IMG/VR virus record: IMGVR_UViG_3300013116_000108 | Location: 124,001-188,000 of that record | Strand: one strand, 5' to 3' | DNA length: 64,000 bases | In this document: piece by piece, positions 28,469-37,500 of the stretch | Layout: the number at the start of each line of letters is the position of its first letter | How positions within the stretch are numbered: the stretch's first letter is position 1 | Notes under the pieces: model-generated | Told to the model about the DNA's origin: nothing | The model's input: the letters and a program-made list of their open reading frames with translations, nothing else | Database searches by the model: none | Program-made: the position numbers and the translations under genes

Positions 28469-28507
28469 TATAAATAGTTAGACTAACTACTATTATAATG
28501 TATTTAG
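28469..28507. promoter_or_regulatory. Face-to-face late promoters serving a divergent gene pair: TATAAATA (+, 28469-28476, gp26) and CTAAATA (-, 28501-28507, tape measure)
   Basis: Both motifs lie in the 78-nt divergent gap. Confidence 0.55.
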
Positions 28508-28520
28508 CGGAGGAAAATCC

Positions 28521-29447
28521 ATGAGTGATAAAGAAACAAATCAAGACATGCCAAAAATGGCTACAGAGATTGAAACACCAGAAAAGGCAGTTAATCCTTT
28601 GCAGGCATATTTTCGCAGACCAGCAATTTATGTCCAACTGCCAAGTGGCGGTAAGTTCAACGAGCCGGGCGAACTTGAAATTCCCGTTAACGGAGAAATT
28701 CCAGTTTATCCGATGACAGCAAAAGATGAAATCTTAATGAGAACACCTGATGCTTTAATGAACGGTGCTACTACAGTTGAAGTTATCCAAAGTTGTTGTC
28801 CAAACATTAAAAATGCTTGGAAATTAAGTGCGTTAGATATTGACTTAATTCTTGTTAGTATTAGAATTGCGACATACGGCGAGTCTACTGAAATTAAAGG
28901 TGTTTGTCCAAAATGTAACGAAGAAAACAATTACGAGTTAGATTTAAGAACTATTACAGACAAAGTAACACAACGTGAGTATAAACCGTCAATTACAGTT
29001 AGCGATTTAAAAATACATTTTAAACCATTAACTTACGAAGCAGTTACTAAAGAAGCAATTAAAAACTTTGAACAGCAAAGAATGATTCAAGGCCTTGCTA
29101 CTGATGATACATTAGCAGAACAGGATCGAATTAATAGATTCCAAGATGCTTTTGTAAGATTAACTGTTTATTCGGTTGGGATACTAGCAGAAGCAGTAGG
29201 TCATATTGAAATGGCAGATGGTACTAAAATTTCTGATAGGCAACAAATTAGTGAATTTATAGCAAACTGTGATCGAACAATTTACAATACAATTAAGACA
29301 CACTTAGAAGAAAGTAAAACTAATTCAACTATAGAACCTATCCAATTTGAATGTGCCGGTACTACTGACACAGAAGGAAAACATACACCTTGCGGTGAGA
29401 AATGGCAACAACCATTTACTATTGATAATTCAACTTTTTTCGGATAA
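28521..29447 (+). CDS. gp26: Baseplate hub assembly protein, T4 gp26-like
   Basis: NPL..YFRRP.IY..LPS.G, PMTAKDE, ID.ILV.IR.ATYG, CPKC motifs, C-terminal FF. Confidence 0.8.
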   Translation: MSDKETNQDMPKMATEIETPEKAVNPLQAYFRRPAIYVQLPSGGKFNEPGELEIPVNGEIPVYPMTAKDEILMRTPDALMNGATTVEVIQSCCPNIKNAWKLSALDIDLILVSIRIATYGESTEIKGVCPKCNEENNYELDLRTITDKVTQREYKPSITVSDLKIHFKPLTYEAVTKEAIKNFEQQRMIQGLATDDTLAEQDRINRFQDAFVRLTVYSVGILAEAVGHIEMADGTKISDRQQISEFIANCDRTIYNTIKTHLEESKTNSTIEPIQFECAGTTDTEGKHTPCGEKWQQPFTIDNSTFFG

Positions 29448-29452
29448 GGCTT

Positions 29453-29671
29453 TTGGCGTTAGATAATGAAAGCATTATCAAACTTCTCCAAGATTTTGAT
29501 AATGAGTCAAAAGCCCTACAAAAAGATTTATTGGAGACAACCTGGTATATGAGAGGAGGTATATCTTATAGCGAAGCCATGATGTTGTCACCAAATGAGC
29601 GTAAACAAATACACGATATAATTAAGCAAAATATTAAAAATACTGAAACTACTAAGTTACCTTTAATATAA
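29453..29671 (+). CDS. gp51-like baseplate assembly protein; probably also expressed as -1 frameshift extension of gp26
   Basis: WYMRGGISYSEAM.LSP.ER motif; only a TTG start; frame is open back through a TTTTTTC slippery site in gp26. Confidence 0.65.
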   Translation: MALDNESIIKLLQDFDNESKALQKDLLETTWYMRGGISYSEAMMLSPNERKQIHDIIKQNIKNTETTKLPLI

Positions 29672-29741
29672 ATTCACAATTTAAACATAGTTAAACCAAA
29701 TAACATATTTTAATATAAAGACTACCTGTTTAAATATTCTT

Positions 29742-29930
29742 ATGTACACTCACTATAATGTCATTAATGAACGTACACGCGACGTATACTGTACTGTCTT
29801 TTCTCCAGAAGAAGCACAGCAAGTAATAGACATGCAAAAAATTAATCACCCGCATGAAAGTTTTATAGTTAAAAAAATAAAAACTAGTTCTATAAAACCA
29901 GGCTTTGGGAGAGATCCAGATTTACATTAG
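29742..29930 (+). CDS. Small hypothetical protein, 62 aa
   Basis: ATG exactly 5 nt after TAAATA. Confidence 0.6.
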   Translation: MYTHYNVINERTRDVYCTVFSPEEAQQVIDMQKINHPHESFIVKKIKTSSIKPGFGRDPDLH

Positions 29931-30031
29931 GTCAGACACATACGATTTAACAGAAGACGGGTATTGGGAAATACATTTTGTAGATGATCCATGCGACGAT
30001 GTTTCGCATTGGTTTTTATAAGTCAGAGTTT

Positions 30032-30458
30032 TCTGAAACATTAACAACATTAAAGAACAGTAATGTTATCAACTTCGTTGATAAGTTTTTTCGCTTTCGC
30101 TCAAAACATTTTTTAATTAGATATTAACGAAATAGTATTTCGTTATCATTCAGATATTTTATCCATACTTCGCCCGCTAGGGGCAAAGTAAGGTTGTCAT
30201 CATTCGAGTAACTCACCCATCATATCTAAGAAGATTTAGTATTACTACTAACGGAGGCGGCAACCCGCATACCCCCTACTTCAGCCTTCGCATTAGTCAC
30301 GGAACGTTATGTATATCGAGATATCCAACATACAAATCGCTGAGGTTGTGTCTGTTCTACAGAGCCTCATCTTTTAGCCTTGAAGTTAATTGGCCTTTAC
30401 TTGGTACAACCCAGATTCCGAACACGGGTGTCCGTGTCCTCAAGGGCATGTTTTCAGA
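30032..30458 (-). ncRNA. Candidate large structured RNA / cis-element (~430 nt), family unknown
   Basis: No ORF in track; >10 hairpins, with G-U pairs and GNRA loops favouring the minus strand; ends pair (TCTGAAAACAT / ATGTTTCAGA). Confidence 0.55.
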
Positions 30459-30471
30459 GTACCTATATAGT

Positions 30472-30519
30472 TGTTAAAAGTGCTGTTAAAAGTGCTATTA
30501 AAAATGCTGTTAATAGTAT
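30472..30519 (+). repeat. Four tandem 12-bp repeats (TGTTAAAAGTGC consensus)
   Basis: tgttaaaagtgc tgttaaaagtgc tattaaaaatgc tgttaatagtat. Confidence 0.8.
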
Positions 30520-30525
30520 GTTATA

Positions 30526-31038
30526 CTAGGCACATAATGTTTTAACTAAATCTGAATTTCTTGTAAAAAATTCTTCAAAGTCTGATATGCGCCAGTTAGA
30601 GCCTGTAGTGTTTGACCAATAGTCGATGTAGTTTTTTGCTTTTGATTTGTGTCTAGATTCGATTGCGATAAATTTGCCTACTTGATTGAATTTCATTATT
30701 AATATATTGAAGTCGCCTGTTTCTGCTACATCCATTAGTTGTGATATCCACTCTTCTAACATTGGGATAGGTTCTGGTTGTAATAGTCTGTGAAATGGGA
30801 ATTGTTTATAAAACTTACATTCCGCATTAAGTTTAGGAAAACTTTGTCCGGGAACAATATCACCCTTAAAGGCTCTTACTTGCCCTTCATGAAGTATTTC
30901 CATTCTTGCTTTATTAGACCCGCCCACGTAAGCACCGGATCCTGGAGCTCTTATAAACGATTCACCGTATAGTCCGGACAAGAATTTTGCGACATCTCGT
31001 TCCCAACCTGATCCTTTTGCTTTTTGTGGGCTTGGCAT
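30526..31038 (-). CDS. PD-(D/E)xK nuclease, Holliday junction resolvase-like
   Basis: KAKGSGWER.VA..L...R.PGSGA...GDIV...AECK motif. Confidence 0.75.
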   Translation of the reverse strand: MPSPQKAKGSGWERDVAKFLSGLYGESFIRAPGSGAYVGGSNKARMEILHEGQVRAFKGDIVPGQSFPKLNAECKFYKQFPFHRLLQPEPIPMLEEWISQLMDVAETGDFNILIMKFNQVGKFIAIESRHKSKAKNYIDYWSNTTGSNWRISDFEEFFTRNSDLVKTLCA

Positions 31039-31076
31039 AAATTTAAATTATTCTTTCTTATAAGAAAGAACCCTAA

Positions 31077-31256
31077 TTACATAGCGTTCTTTTTTTCTTG
31101 TATTTCTGCTCTACGTGACTTACCTAGTTTTGCTAATTCACCTAGTGCCTTACGAGCTCTAGTTGCCGCCGCCTTGTTTCCTTTTTCGTCAAACTTTGCC
31201 GCTTCTTCTACATAAGACTCATATGCTTGTGTTATTTGTTCATGTAATGTTGACAT
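31077..31256 (-). CDS. Histone H1-like (Hc1 family) small basic protein
   Basis: KF.EKGNKAAATRARKAL.EL.KL.K..R signature; start ATG 31256 with AAGGAG SD. Confidence 0.75.
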   Translation of the reverse strand: MSTLHEQITQAYESYVEEAAKFDEKGNKAAATRARKALGELAKLGKSRRAEIQEKKNAM

Positions 31257-31316
31257 TACTATCTCCTTTATATAAAGGCTGTACATACAGCCATTGTTAT
31301 TTAATGTTATAGGTAC

Positions 31317-31880
31317 CTACGACAGCGATTTCTGAACTATTTCTTTAATCTCGTCCCACGAGTTGAAACAATCTAACTGAAATTGCCATCTACTATCAGG
31401 AGAATAATTAACGCCGTGGCGATGTCCACCAGCATTAATAAATGTTATTTTTGTATAATTGTGATCGTATAATAATTCGTCGTTTTCGTTATACCATTGA
31501 ATTCTCTGAGGAAATGATAATGGAATTATTAATCCAGCAGGCCTAAAATGGTCTTGATGTATATCAACTTGTGTAGCAGTTTCTTGAAAATTAGTTCTTA
31601 CTAGTTGGAATCCTGCCTGTCCACTACCGGGCATACTTTCATCTTTTTCAAAGTTAAATTTTAATCCAAATTTTTCAAAATACCTAACCCAATAATCTAC
31701 AATAGGTTCTTTTAAAATTGCTGGATTATAAACAACTTCTAACCCTAACGGTATACCGTGTTTACTATGATACATTTCAAATTCATTATCATACTTGTCG
31801 TACAAATACGAAAACTCATCTATGTTGTATCCTATAGGAGTTTCTATTACAAAATTATCTTTGGTTCGTTCAGTGTACAA
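31317..31880 (-). CDS. Putative 2OG-Fe(II) oxygenase / cupin-fold protein
   Basis: HQD...H.V...R spacing of the HxD..H facial triad; TTG start uncertain. Confidence 0.5.
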   Translation of the reverse strand: MYTERTKDNFVIETPIGYNIDEFSYLYDKYDNEFEMYHSKHGIPLGLEVVYNPAILKEPIVDYWVRYFEKFGLKFNFEKDESMPGSGQAGFQLVRTNFQETATQVDIHQDHFRPAGLIIPLSFPQRIQWYNENDELLYDHNYTKITFINAGGHRHGVNYSPDSRWQFQLDCFNSWDEIKEIVQKSLS

Positions 31881-33703
31881 GTTAATGTCTGCCTTATTTT
31901 AAAGTTATCGCTGACTCTATCACTTCCTTCTAGAAGCATATGAGCAGTAGTTGATGTAGCGCCATTTAATGTTGGCGTAAATTCTATTGTTGTTTTTCTT
32001 CTTACATCATGTATAAAGTCATAGTTAAATGTTTTAGTAATTGGATATTCAACATCATAATCAAATAGTCTAGCATCGCAATACTTAATAAGTTCTGTTA
32101 AGATGTCTTTATCAATGCTGTATTGCTCGAGAAATGTTTTTGCTTCAGCATAAAACTCATCTCGTTTTTCTGTTAAGTTTTCTCTGTAGCCTAAACTTTG
32201 ACTTGCTAATCCAAATACATAATCGTCTATTCTTCCTTTTGCTTTATCAAAATGTTTTCTAATTAAACCGTTACTGTTAATAACATAATTGTACCAGTCG
32301 TTATAAAATTCTTTTTTAGATACAATATTTTCTCTATCTAAATAATCTGCGGCATCACGTAAAAAATTAAATTCGTGTCCTGTTCTTGTAGTCCATGTCC
32401 ATTCCCAGATATGTTTTAAGTCATCTTCCGATAGCCATTTTGTAGAAACTACAAGTTCAATATCTTCTTTTGTTTCTTCGTTTAGTACTCCAGGAAAAGG
32501 TTTACGAATAGTTTTAAATCCAAACTCTTCTCTACTTTTTCTGCTACCTAATTCAGCATTTGGTAATAATGCTAAAGGATATAGATATGTTGTTAATTCT
32601 TGATAATTTGTAATTTCTAAATATGTGTCTTTCCAACTATCTACTGTTTCTCCGGGATTACCTACAATAAGTTCACAGTCAAATGGCAAACCTAATTCAG
32701 CACAACGTTTAGCAAAATATTCATAATCGTTACTATCCATATTATCACGTTTTATAAGTTCTAATGCTAATGGTGTTAGTGTTTGTAAACTCATAATAAA
32801 ACTTTTAATAAGTCCGGCATCATACATTTTCTTTGCTATTTGTAAAATGTGTTCGTTGGCATTTTTTGCCCAGTTAACAAAGAATGTTTTAGGATAACCG
32901 TATTTCTTTTTTGTAGCGATAATCATATCAGCAATAGCATTATCTCTATCTTTTAAAATACCAAAGTTAGCATCAACACTATACAAGAATCCTATTTTAT
33001 TTTTACCCGCATATTCTATTTCTGCTTCTAATCTGTTAATGTCGTGATTAACTAGTTTACTATATGTAAGTCCTCCCCAATCACAAAATGAACAAGCATA
33101 AGGACATCCTCTGTTTGTTTCAAACAGCATAGCATGATGTGATTTTATCTTAGGCATTGAGCCTGACAAATAAGGACTTGGTAATTTACTTAAATCACGT
33201 TGTCTAGTTACTCTTTTATTATCTGCTACATTATTAGTCCAATGTGTTCCAAAGTTAACAGCAGTATTAGGTTGTGTGTCAATGTATTCTTTATTTGGAT
33301 TTAGTAATATGTTTTTAAATATTTCTTCTCCTTCTTGGAAAACAACAACGTCAACATACTTGTGACCGTTCCACCATTCATGTTTGCTGTCTTGCGGAAC
33401 TTGTGGACCACCGTAAATAATCATACACTCTGGCCAACGTTTTTTAATTTTTTCTGCTAGTTGGTTAGTAAAATTTTCATTCCAAATGTAAACACTAAAT
33501 CCAAATATAAAAGGATCTACTATTTCGTTTACTATTTCGTCAATGTCTTTCTTTTCATAATAAAGACCTGCTAATTGATAATTGTTTTTAACTTGTTCAT
33601 CTAATTCAGCATAAGTCCATAACCCGGCAACACTATACGGCAAGAATTTATGATTGCCAGGGTTAATAGTCATACTAAAGTTTGCTAGATAAACATTTTT
33701 CAT
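31847..33703 (-). CDS. Cobalamin-binding radical SAM enzyme
   Basis: N-terminal B12-binding-like region (GFSVYIWN, IIYGGPQ, EGE) and ETNRGCPYACSFCDWG CxxxCxxC motif. Confidence 0.9.
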   Translation of the reverse strand: MKNVYLANFSMTINPGNHKFLPYSVAGLWTYAELDEQVKNNYQLAGLYYEKKDIDEIVNEIVDPFIFGFSVYIWNENFTNQLAEKIKKRWPECMIIYGGPQVPQDSKHEWWNGHKYVDVVVFQEGEEIFKNILLNPNKEYIDTQPNTAVNFGTHWTNNVADNKRVTRQRDLSKLPSPYLSGSMPKIKSHHAMLFETNRGCPYACSFCDWGGLTYSKLVNHDINRLEAEIEYAGKNKIGFLYSVDANFGILKDRDNAIADMIIATKKKYGYPKTFFVNWAKNANEHILQIAKKMYDAGLIKSFIMSLQTLTPLALELIKRDNMDSNDYEYFAKRCAELGLPFDCELIVGNPGETVDSWKDTYLEITNYQELTTYLYPLALLPNAELGSRKSREEFGFKTIRKPFPGVLNEETKEDIELVVSTKWLSEDDLKHIWEWTWTTRTGHEFNFLRDAADYLDRENIVSKKEFYNDWYNYVINSNGLIRKHFDKAKGRIDDYVFGLASQSLGYRENLTEKRDEFYAEAKTFLEQYSIDKDILTELIKYCDARLFDYDVEYPITKTFNYDFIHDVRRKTTIEFTPTLNGATSTTAHMLLEGSDRVSDNFKIRQTLTCTLNEPKIIL

Positions 33704-34314
33704 TTTGCCTTAAATATCCTCAGGGAATGATAGTGTTGATGTGTTGTAACTAAACTAGGCCAAGGTCCAATACATTCCACCTCAGTTAAAAATTGTTGTT
33801 TGTTCCAACCGGATTCTTCCATGTAATTATAGTCTTCCATATTTGGTGTTGTTATAACTAATATACCATCTTCATTTAAGCATTTAGAAATATTTTCGGC
33901 AGGTGCTGAACTTAAATGTCCTTTTGTAAACAATCCACTTGCTAATATAATATCGTATTTCTTAGGCAATGGTTGTTTTACAATATCAATAATACTGACA
34001 TTTCTATAATGCTCTTCTGCTTTTTTTATAAACTGTTCAGTTAGATCATATCCGTCTACATTAGAATACCCAGCCTGCCATAGTATTTCTCCACCGGGGC
34101 CTGGTCCACAACCTAAATCAGCAATCTCAATTTCCCATTGCTTTGGGTAGTTTTTTATTACATAATCAGTTGTTTTAACTGGTCCCAACCAGCCTGCTTC
34201 TTCGCATATATCTTTGGTGTACGTTTCCCAATGTTCATAAAGTTTTCTTTGTTCTTGTTTGTTGTCAAATCCATTATTGTAACTGTCGCCTAAATTTTTA
34301 TTGAGATTGCTCAT
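33700..34314 (-). CDS. Class I SAM-dependent methyltransferase
   Basis: IADLGCGPG, VDGYD, YDIILASG.F..GH motifs; likely start 34314 (TAATG coupling). Confidence 0.85.
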   Translation of the reverse strand: MSNLNKNLGDSYNNGFDNKQEQRKLYEHWETYTKDICEEAGWLGPVKTTDYVIKNYPKQWEIEIADLGCGPGPGGEILWQAGYSNVDGYDLTEQFIKKAEEHYRNVSIIDIVKQPLPKKYDIILASGLFTKGHLSSAPAENISKCLNEDGILVITTPNMEDYNYMEESGWNKQQFLTEVECIGPWPSLVTTHQHYHSLRIFKAK

Positions 34315-35726
34315 TATTTTTTTATCCAATCTGGGTTATCAATTAGTGTGTTATGTATATTTACTCTACTTACTTTAGGAATACACGTTGCTTGGCGTAA
34401 TATTGCGACTGTGCTTACTAAACTTGTGTATTTTACAGGCTGTTTAAATGGTTGCATTTTATCTTTACACCATTCTTGTAATTCTTGAGGAGAAACATCA
34501 CCATTGTATATACAAGCCGGTACAAAGTGTAATTTTTCGTCAGGTTGTGGATAAACATAAACCTCTTTAACACCTGGGTGTTGTGAAATAATATGCTCAA
34601 TTTCAAATGGATATACTTTACCGCCACCTCTTACAATTATAAGTTCATTTGATCTTCCTTTTAATATCCAGTTACCTTCTTCGTTTATTTCAGCAATATC
34701 TCCTGTGTCCCACCAATCACCGTCCGGTGTCATAGGACCTCTAAATTCAATAGTGCTATTTTCTGTTGACAGTCTGTATTCAGCACCGGCATTTACAAGA
34801 CACTCAATTGGCTTGCCTATTGTATCAAAATTGTTACTATAATTAACAAGTGTCATGCCTGTTGCGGCATCACCATATCCACATATCCAATTACTATGGC
34901 CAAAGAACTTTTCAAATTCTTCTTTTTGCCCATCAATAAGTGCGGCACCACTATACTCAAATACTTCGATACTGTGTCCACCGTTGTCACCTTTGTCAAT
35001 TACTTTTTGCCATGCTAGTGGAAAGCCTGCTAACCAAGTAGGTTTAACCCATTTAGCCGCCTCGGCATATTCTTCTTGCTCGTATATAAGATGGCAATGC
35101 CCACCTTTTGCTATTGTTGTAAATGTAACTTCTTGTCCCCAGCCAATGTAAGGACCCATAGAATTAATTGTTCTGTTTGTTTCTGGACTACGATACCATT
35201 TGTTTCCACGTTCACGATAATAATGTGTAACGTCTTGACTTGTGCCATAGTTGTTTTCATCTAGCTCGTAAGGTACAGGATAACTTTTAGTCCAGCCGTA
35301 TGGATGACTAGTTCCACTACTATAATAAAGCATTATTTCTTTGTCAAGAACTGTACTTTTTTCATAATGTAAATGTTCTAAATCAACAGTACCATCTAAG
35401 TTAACATAAACAATAGCATTAGATTTGTTAGCATCTAATCTAAATTTCCAGTCACCCTCTTCACCGTTCTTATATGCTTGTTTTAAATCTTCACCCCATG
35501 GTAAAGTTGTCGCACACATATCTAAAGCCGCGGCAAATAGATACAAATATGTATGAACAGAGTTAATACCTACTACGCTTATTCTGTGACCAGCATGGTA
35601 TCCTTGTTCTTTGTACCAAGCATTAATCTTGTGTATCTCTTTAATAAATTCGTTGTATGTTAATTTTGTATTTTTATCACTCAGAGCTATATTCTCCGAT
35701 GGTACTAATAAGTGATACGGCCTCAT
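34314..35726 (-). CDS. AMP-forming adenylation enzyme (ANL / acyl-CoA synthetase family)
   Basis: YSSGTS loop, GYG, WDTGD, GRSNELIIVRGG.KVYP.EIE, C-terminal PKV motifs. Confidence 0.85.
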   Translation of the reverse strand: MRPYHLLVPSENIALSDKNTKLTYNEFIKEIHKINAWYKEQGYHAGHRISVVGINSVHTYLYLFAAALDMCATTLPWGEDLKQAYKNGEEGDWKFRLDANKSNAIVYVNLDGTVDLEHLHYEKSTVLDKEIMLYYSSGTSHPYGWTKSYPVPYELDENNYGTSQDVTHYYRERGNKWYRSPETNRTINSMGPYIGWGQEVTFTTIAKGGHCHLIYEQEEYAEAAKWVKPTWLAGFPLAWQKVIDKGDNGGHSIEVFEYSGAALIDGQKEEFEKFFGHSNWICGYGDAATGMTLVNYSNNFDTIGKPIECLVNAGAEYRLSTENSTIEFRGPMTPDGDWWDTGDIAEINEEGNWILKGRSNELIIVRGGGKVYPFEIEHIISQHPGVKEVYVYPQPDEKLHFVPACIYNGDVSPQELQEWCKDKMQPFKQPVKYTSLVSTVAILRQATCIPKVSRVNIHNTLIDNPDWIKK

Positions 35727-35736
35727 CTATGCTCCT

Positions 35737-37500
35737 TTAATTGATTTTAACGTCGTTGTTGTAACTGGTAAATCCGTTTTCTTTAGTTACTGTTAGAACA
35801 TTATTTACCCTACCCGCTAATTCATCTCTATGAGAAATAAGCCAAATAGATTTGTGGCGTTCTCTAGAAATCTTTTTAAGGACTGCTAGAGAACTTTCCA
35901 CACCTGAGGTGTCCATGCCTGAGTCAACTAACTCGTCGATGAATAACAAGTTTATAGGTTGGTATAAGTTTTCCCAAACATCACGGAATGACCAACTCAA
36001 TGCTAGAATTAATCTATTCCTTTCACCTCTGGACAAGTTATCAAAGTCAAGATCACGTCCTAATTCTGTAATCTCGATTGATAAATCATTTTGAAAAACT
36101 ACTTTATGAGGTAGTCCAATTTTGTCAAGATAATATGTTAAACGTTTATTTAAAAATGCTAAGTTTTGTTCAATAATACGTTTACGAACAAAACTATCTT
36201 TACTTGTTAATAATTTGTATAAAAACTCTTGATGTTCTTTTTTGAAATTTAAATCTTCTAATAGTTCAAATGATACTTCTTGGATTCCTGTTTCTTCCAT
36301 TTCAGTTATTTGTTCATTATAAGTGTTTTCTTCTGCTTGTTTATTTGTTAACTGATTTTCTAAAGTAGTTAACGTACTCTTATGATTGTGTGCTTCAGTT
36401 AAGTCAGAATAAAATGTTTCTGGCTTATCGCCAACGGGTTCTCTTAATGCTATATTATCTGTTACTTTTAATCCAGCATCAACTATTTCCTGTGCTATAT
36501 CCTCAACTTGCTTTTCGAGACTTGTTAATTTTTCTTCATATTCCTTTAAGTGTTTAATATCTTGGCCACAACTATCGCATGTATGATTTTTAACATGTTC
36601 TAAACTAGCAACAAGTTTGTCAGACTCCTTAACTAGTCTTTCTAGTTGTCGTTCGCTACTTGCTATGTCTGTTTCTACATCTTTTTGTTGCCTTTTGCGG
36701 TCTCTAAAGTCGTTTAACAGTTTGTGTTGTTCAAGTTCTTTGTCTATATCAACGTCACCTAAATCAATAATTGCTTTTTCTAATTTTTGTATTTGCTCAT
36801 CTTTATTATCCTCCCACATCTTACTTCGACGTTTGAGGTTTTCTATTTGTTCTTTAATATGTTCGTTTGCTTTTTCGACACCTTGTATTCTAAATTCTTC
36901 TTCTTTAGCCCGGTCTCGATTAACTTTCATTTCTTCTCTAAGTCGTTCTGCTTTTTCACTTAGTAAAGTAATACCCAACAGTTGCTCAATAATAGCACGT
37001 TGGTCATTATTTTTTAAACTTAAAAAAGGTTCTGTGTAAGTGTTAAGCGCCACAACATGTTTGAACATCTCGTGACCCATTTCAAGTAATCGATTTATTT
37101 CGTGTTGTGTTTCTCTGCTATCACCTTGAGCATTATCATCTGCTTCTTGTTCTTGATTATCTACATAAAATTTTAATAAGTTAGGCTTACGTCCACGTTC
37201 AATTTTATACTTTTTTCCCTTCTTTTCAAACTCTAAACAAACAAGCATATTCTTGCCATTTGTTTTATTAATTAAATTATCAGCCCTAATTTTAGTAAGT
37301 GCTTGTCCATACAAGGCATAACTTAAAGCATTAATAATTGTAGTTTTACCAGTACCGTTTCTAGCACCTGTGTCGTCTCCACCTAAGTCGAGGTTTTCGC
37401 CTAATACTAATGTTAAATCCTCTCTGTTAAAATCAATCGCTTGTGTGCTGTTACCCACACTCATAAAATTCTTGACTGTGATACTATTCAAATTAAACAT
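35737..37500 (-). CDS. gp46: Recombination endonuclease ATPase subunit, gp46 (Rad50/SbcC-like)
   Basis: KNFMSVGN, NGTGKTT Walker A, CDSC hook, LSRGE signature, LFIDE Walker B, ISH. Confidence 0.95.
   Translation of the reverse strand: MFNLNSITVKNFMSVGNSTQAIDFNREDLTLVLGENLDLGGDDTGARNGTGKTTIINALSYALYGQALTKIRADNLINKTNGKNMLVCLEFEKKGKKYKIERGRKPNLLKFYVDNQEQEADDNAQGDSRETQHEINRLLEMGHEMFKHVVALNTYTEPFLSLKNNDQRAIIEQLLGITLLSEKAERLREEMKVNRDRAKEEEFRIQGVEKANEHIKEQIENLKRRSKMWEDNKDEQIQKLEKAIIDLGDVDIDKELEQHKLLNDFRDRKRQQKDVETDIASSERQLERLVKESDKLVASLEHVKNHTCDSCGQDIKHLKEYEEKLTSLEKQVEDIAQEIVDAGLKVTDNIALREPVGDKPETFYSDLTEAHNHKSTLTTLENQLTNKQAEENTYNEQITEMEETGIQEVSFELLEDLNFKKEHQEFLYKLLTSKDSFVRKRIIEQNLAFLNKRLTYYLDKIGLPHKVVFQNDLSIEITELGRDLDFDNLSRGERNRLILALSWSFRDVWENLYQPINLLFIDELVDSGMDTSGVESSLAVLKKISRERHKSIWLISHRDELAGRVNNVLTVTKENGFTSYNNDVKIN

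Noticed and set aside
30032-30458. Group I or group II intron, RNase P or tmRNA as identity of the structured element
   Set aside because: Not inside a gene, and I could not find P7/J8-7, domain V, GAGGAAAGUCC or tRNA-like termini
30472-30519. CRISPR-like repeat
   Set aside because: Head-to-tail 12-mers without spacers
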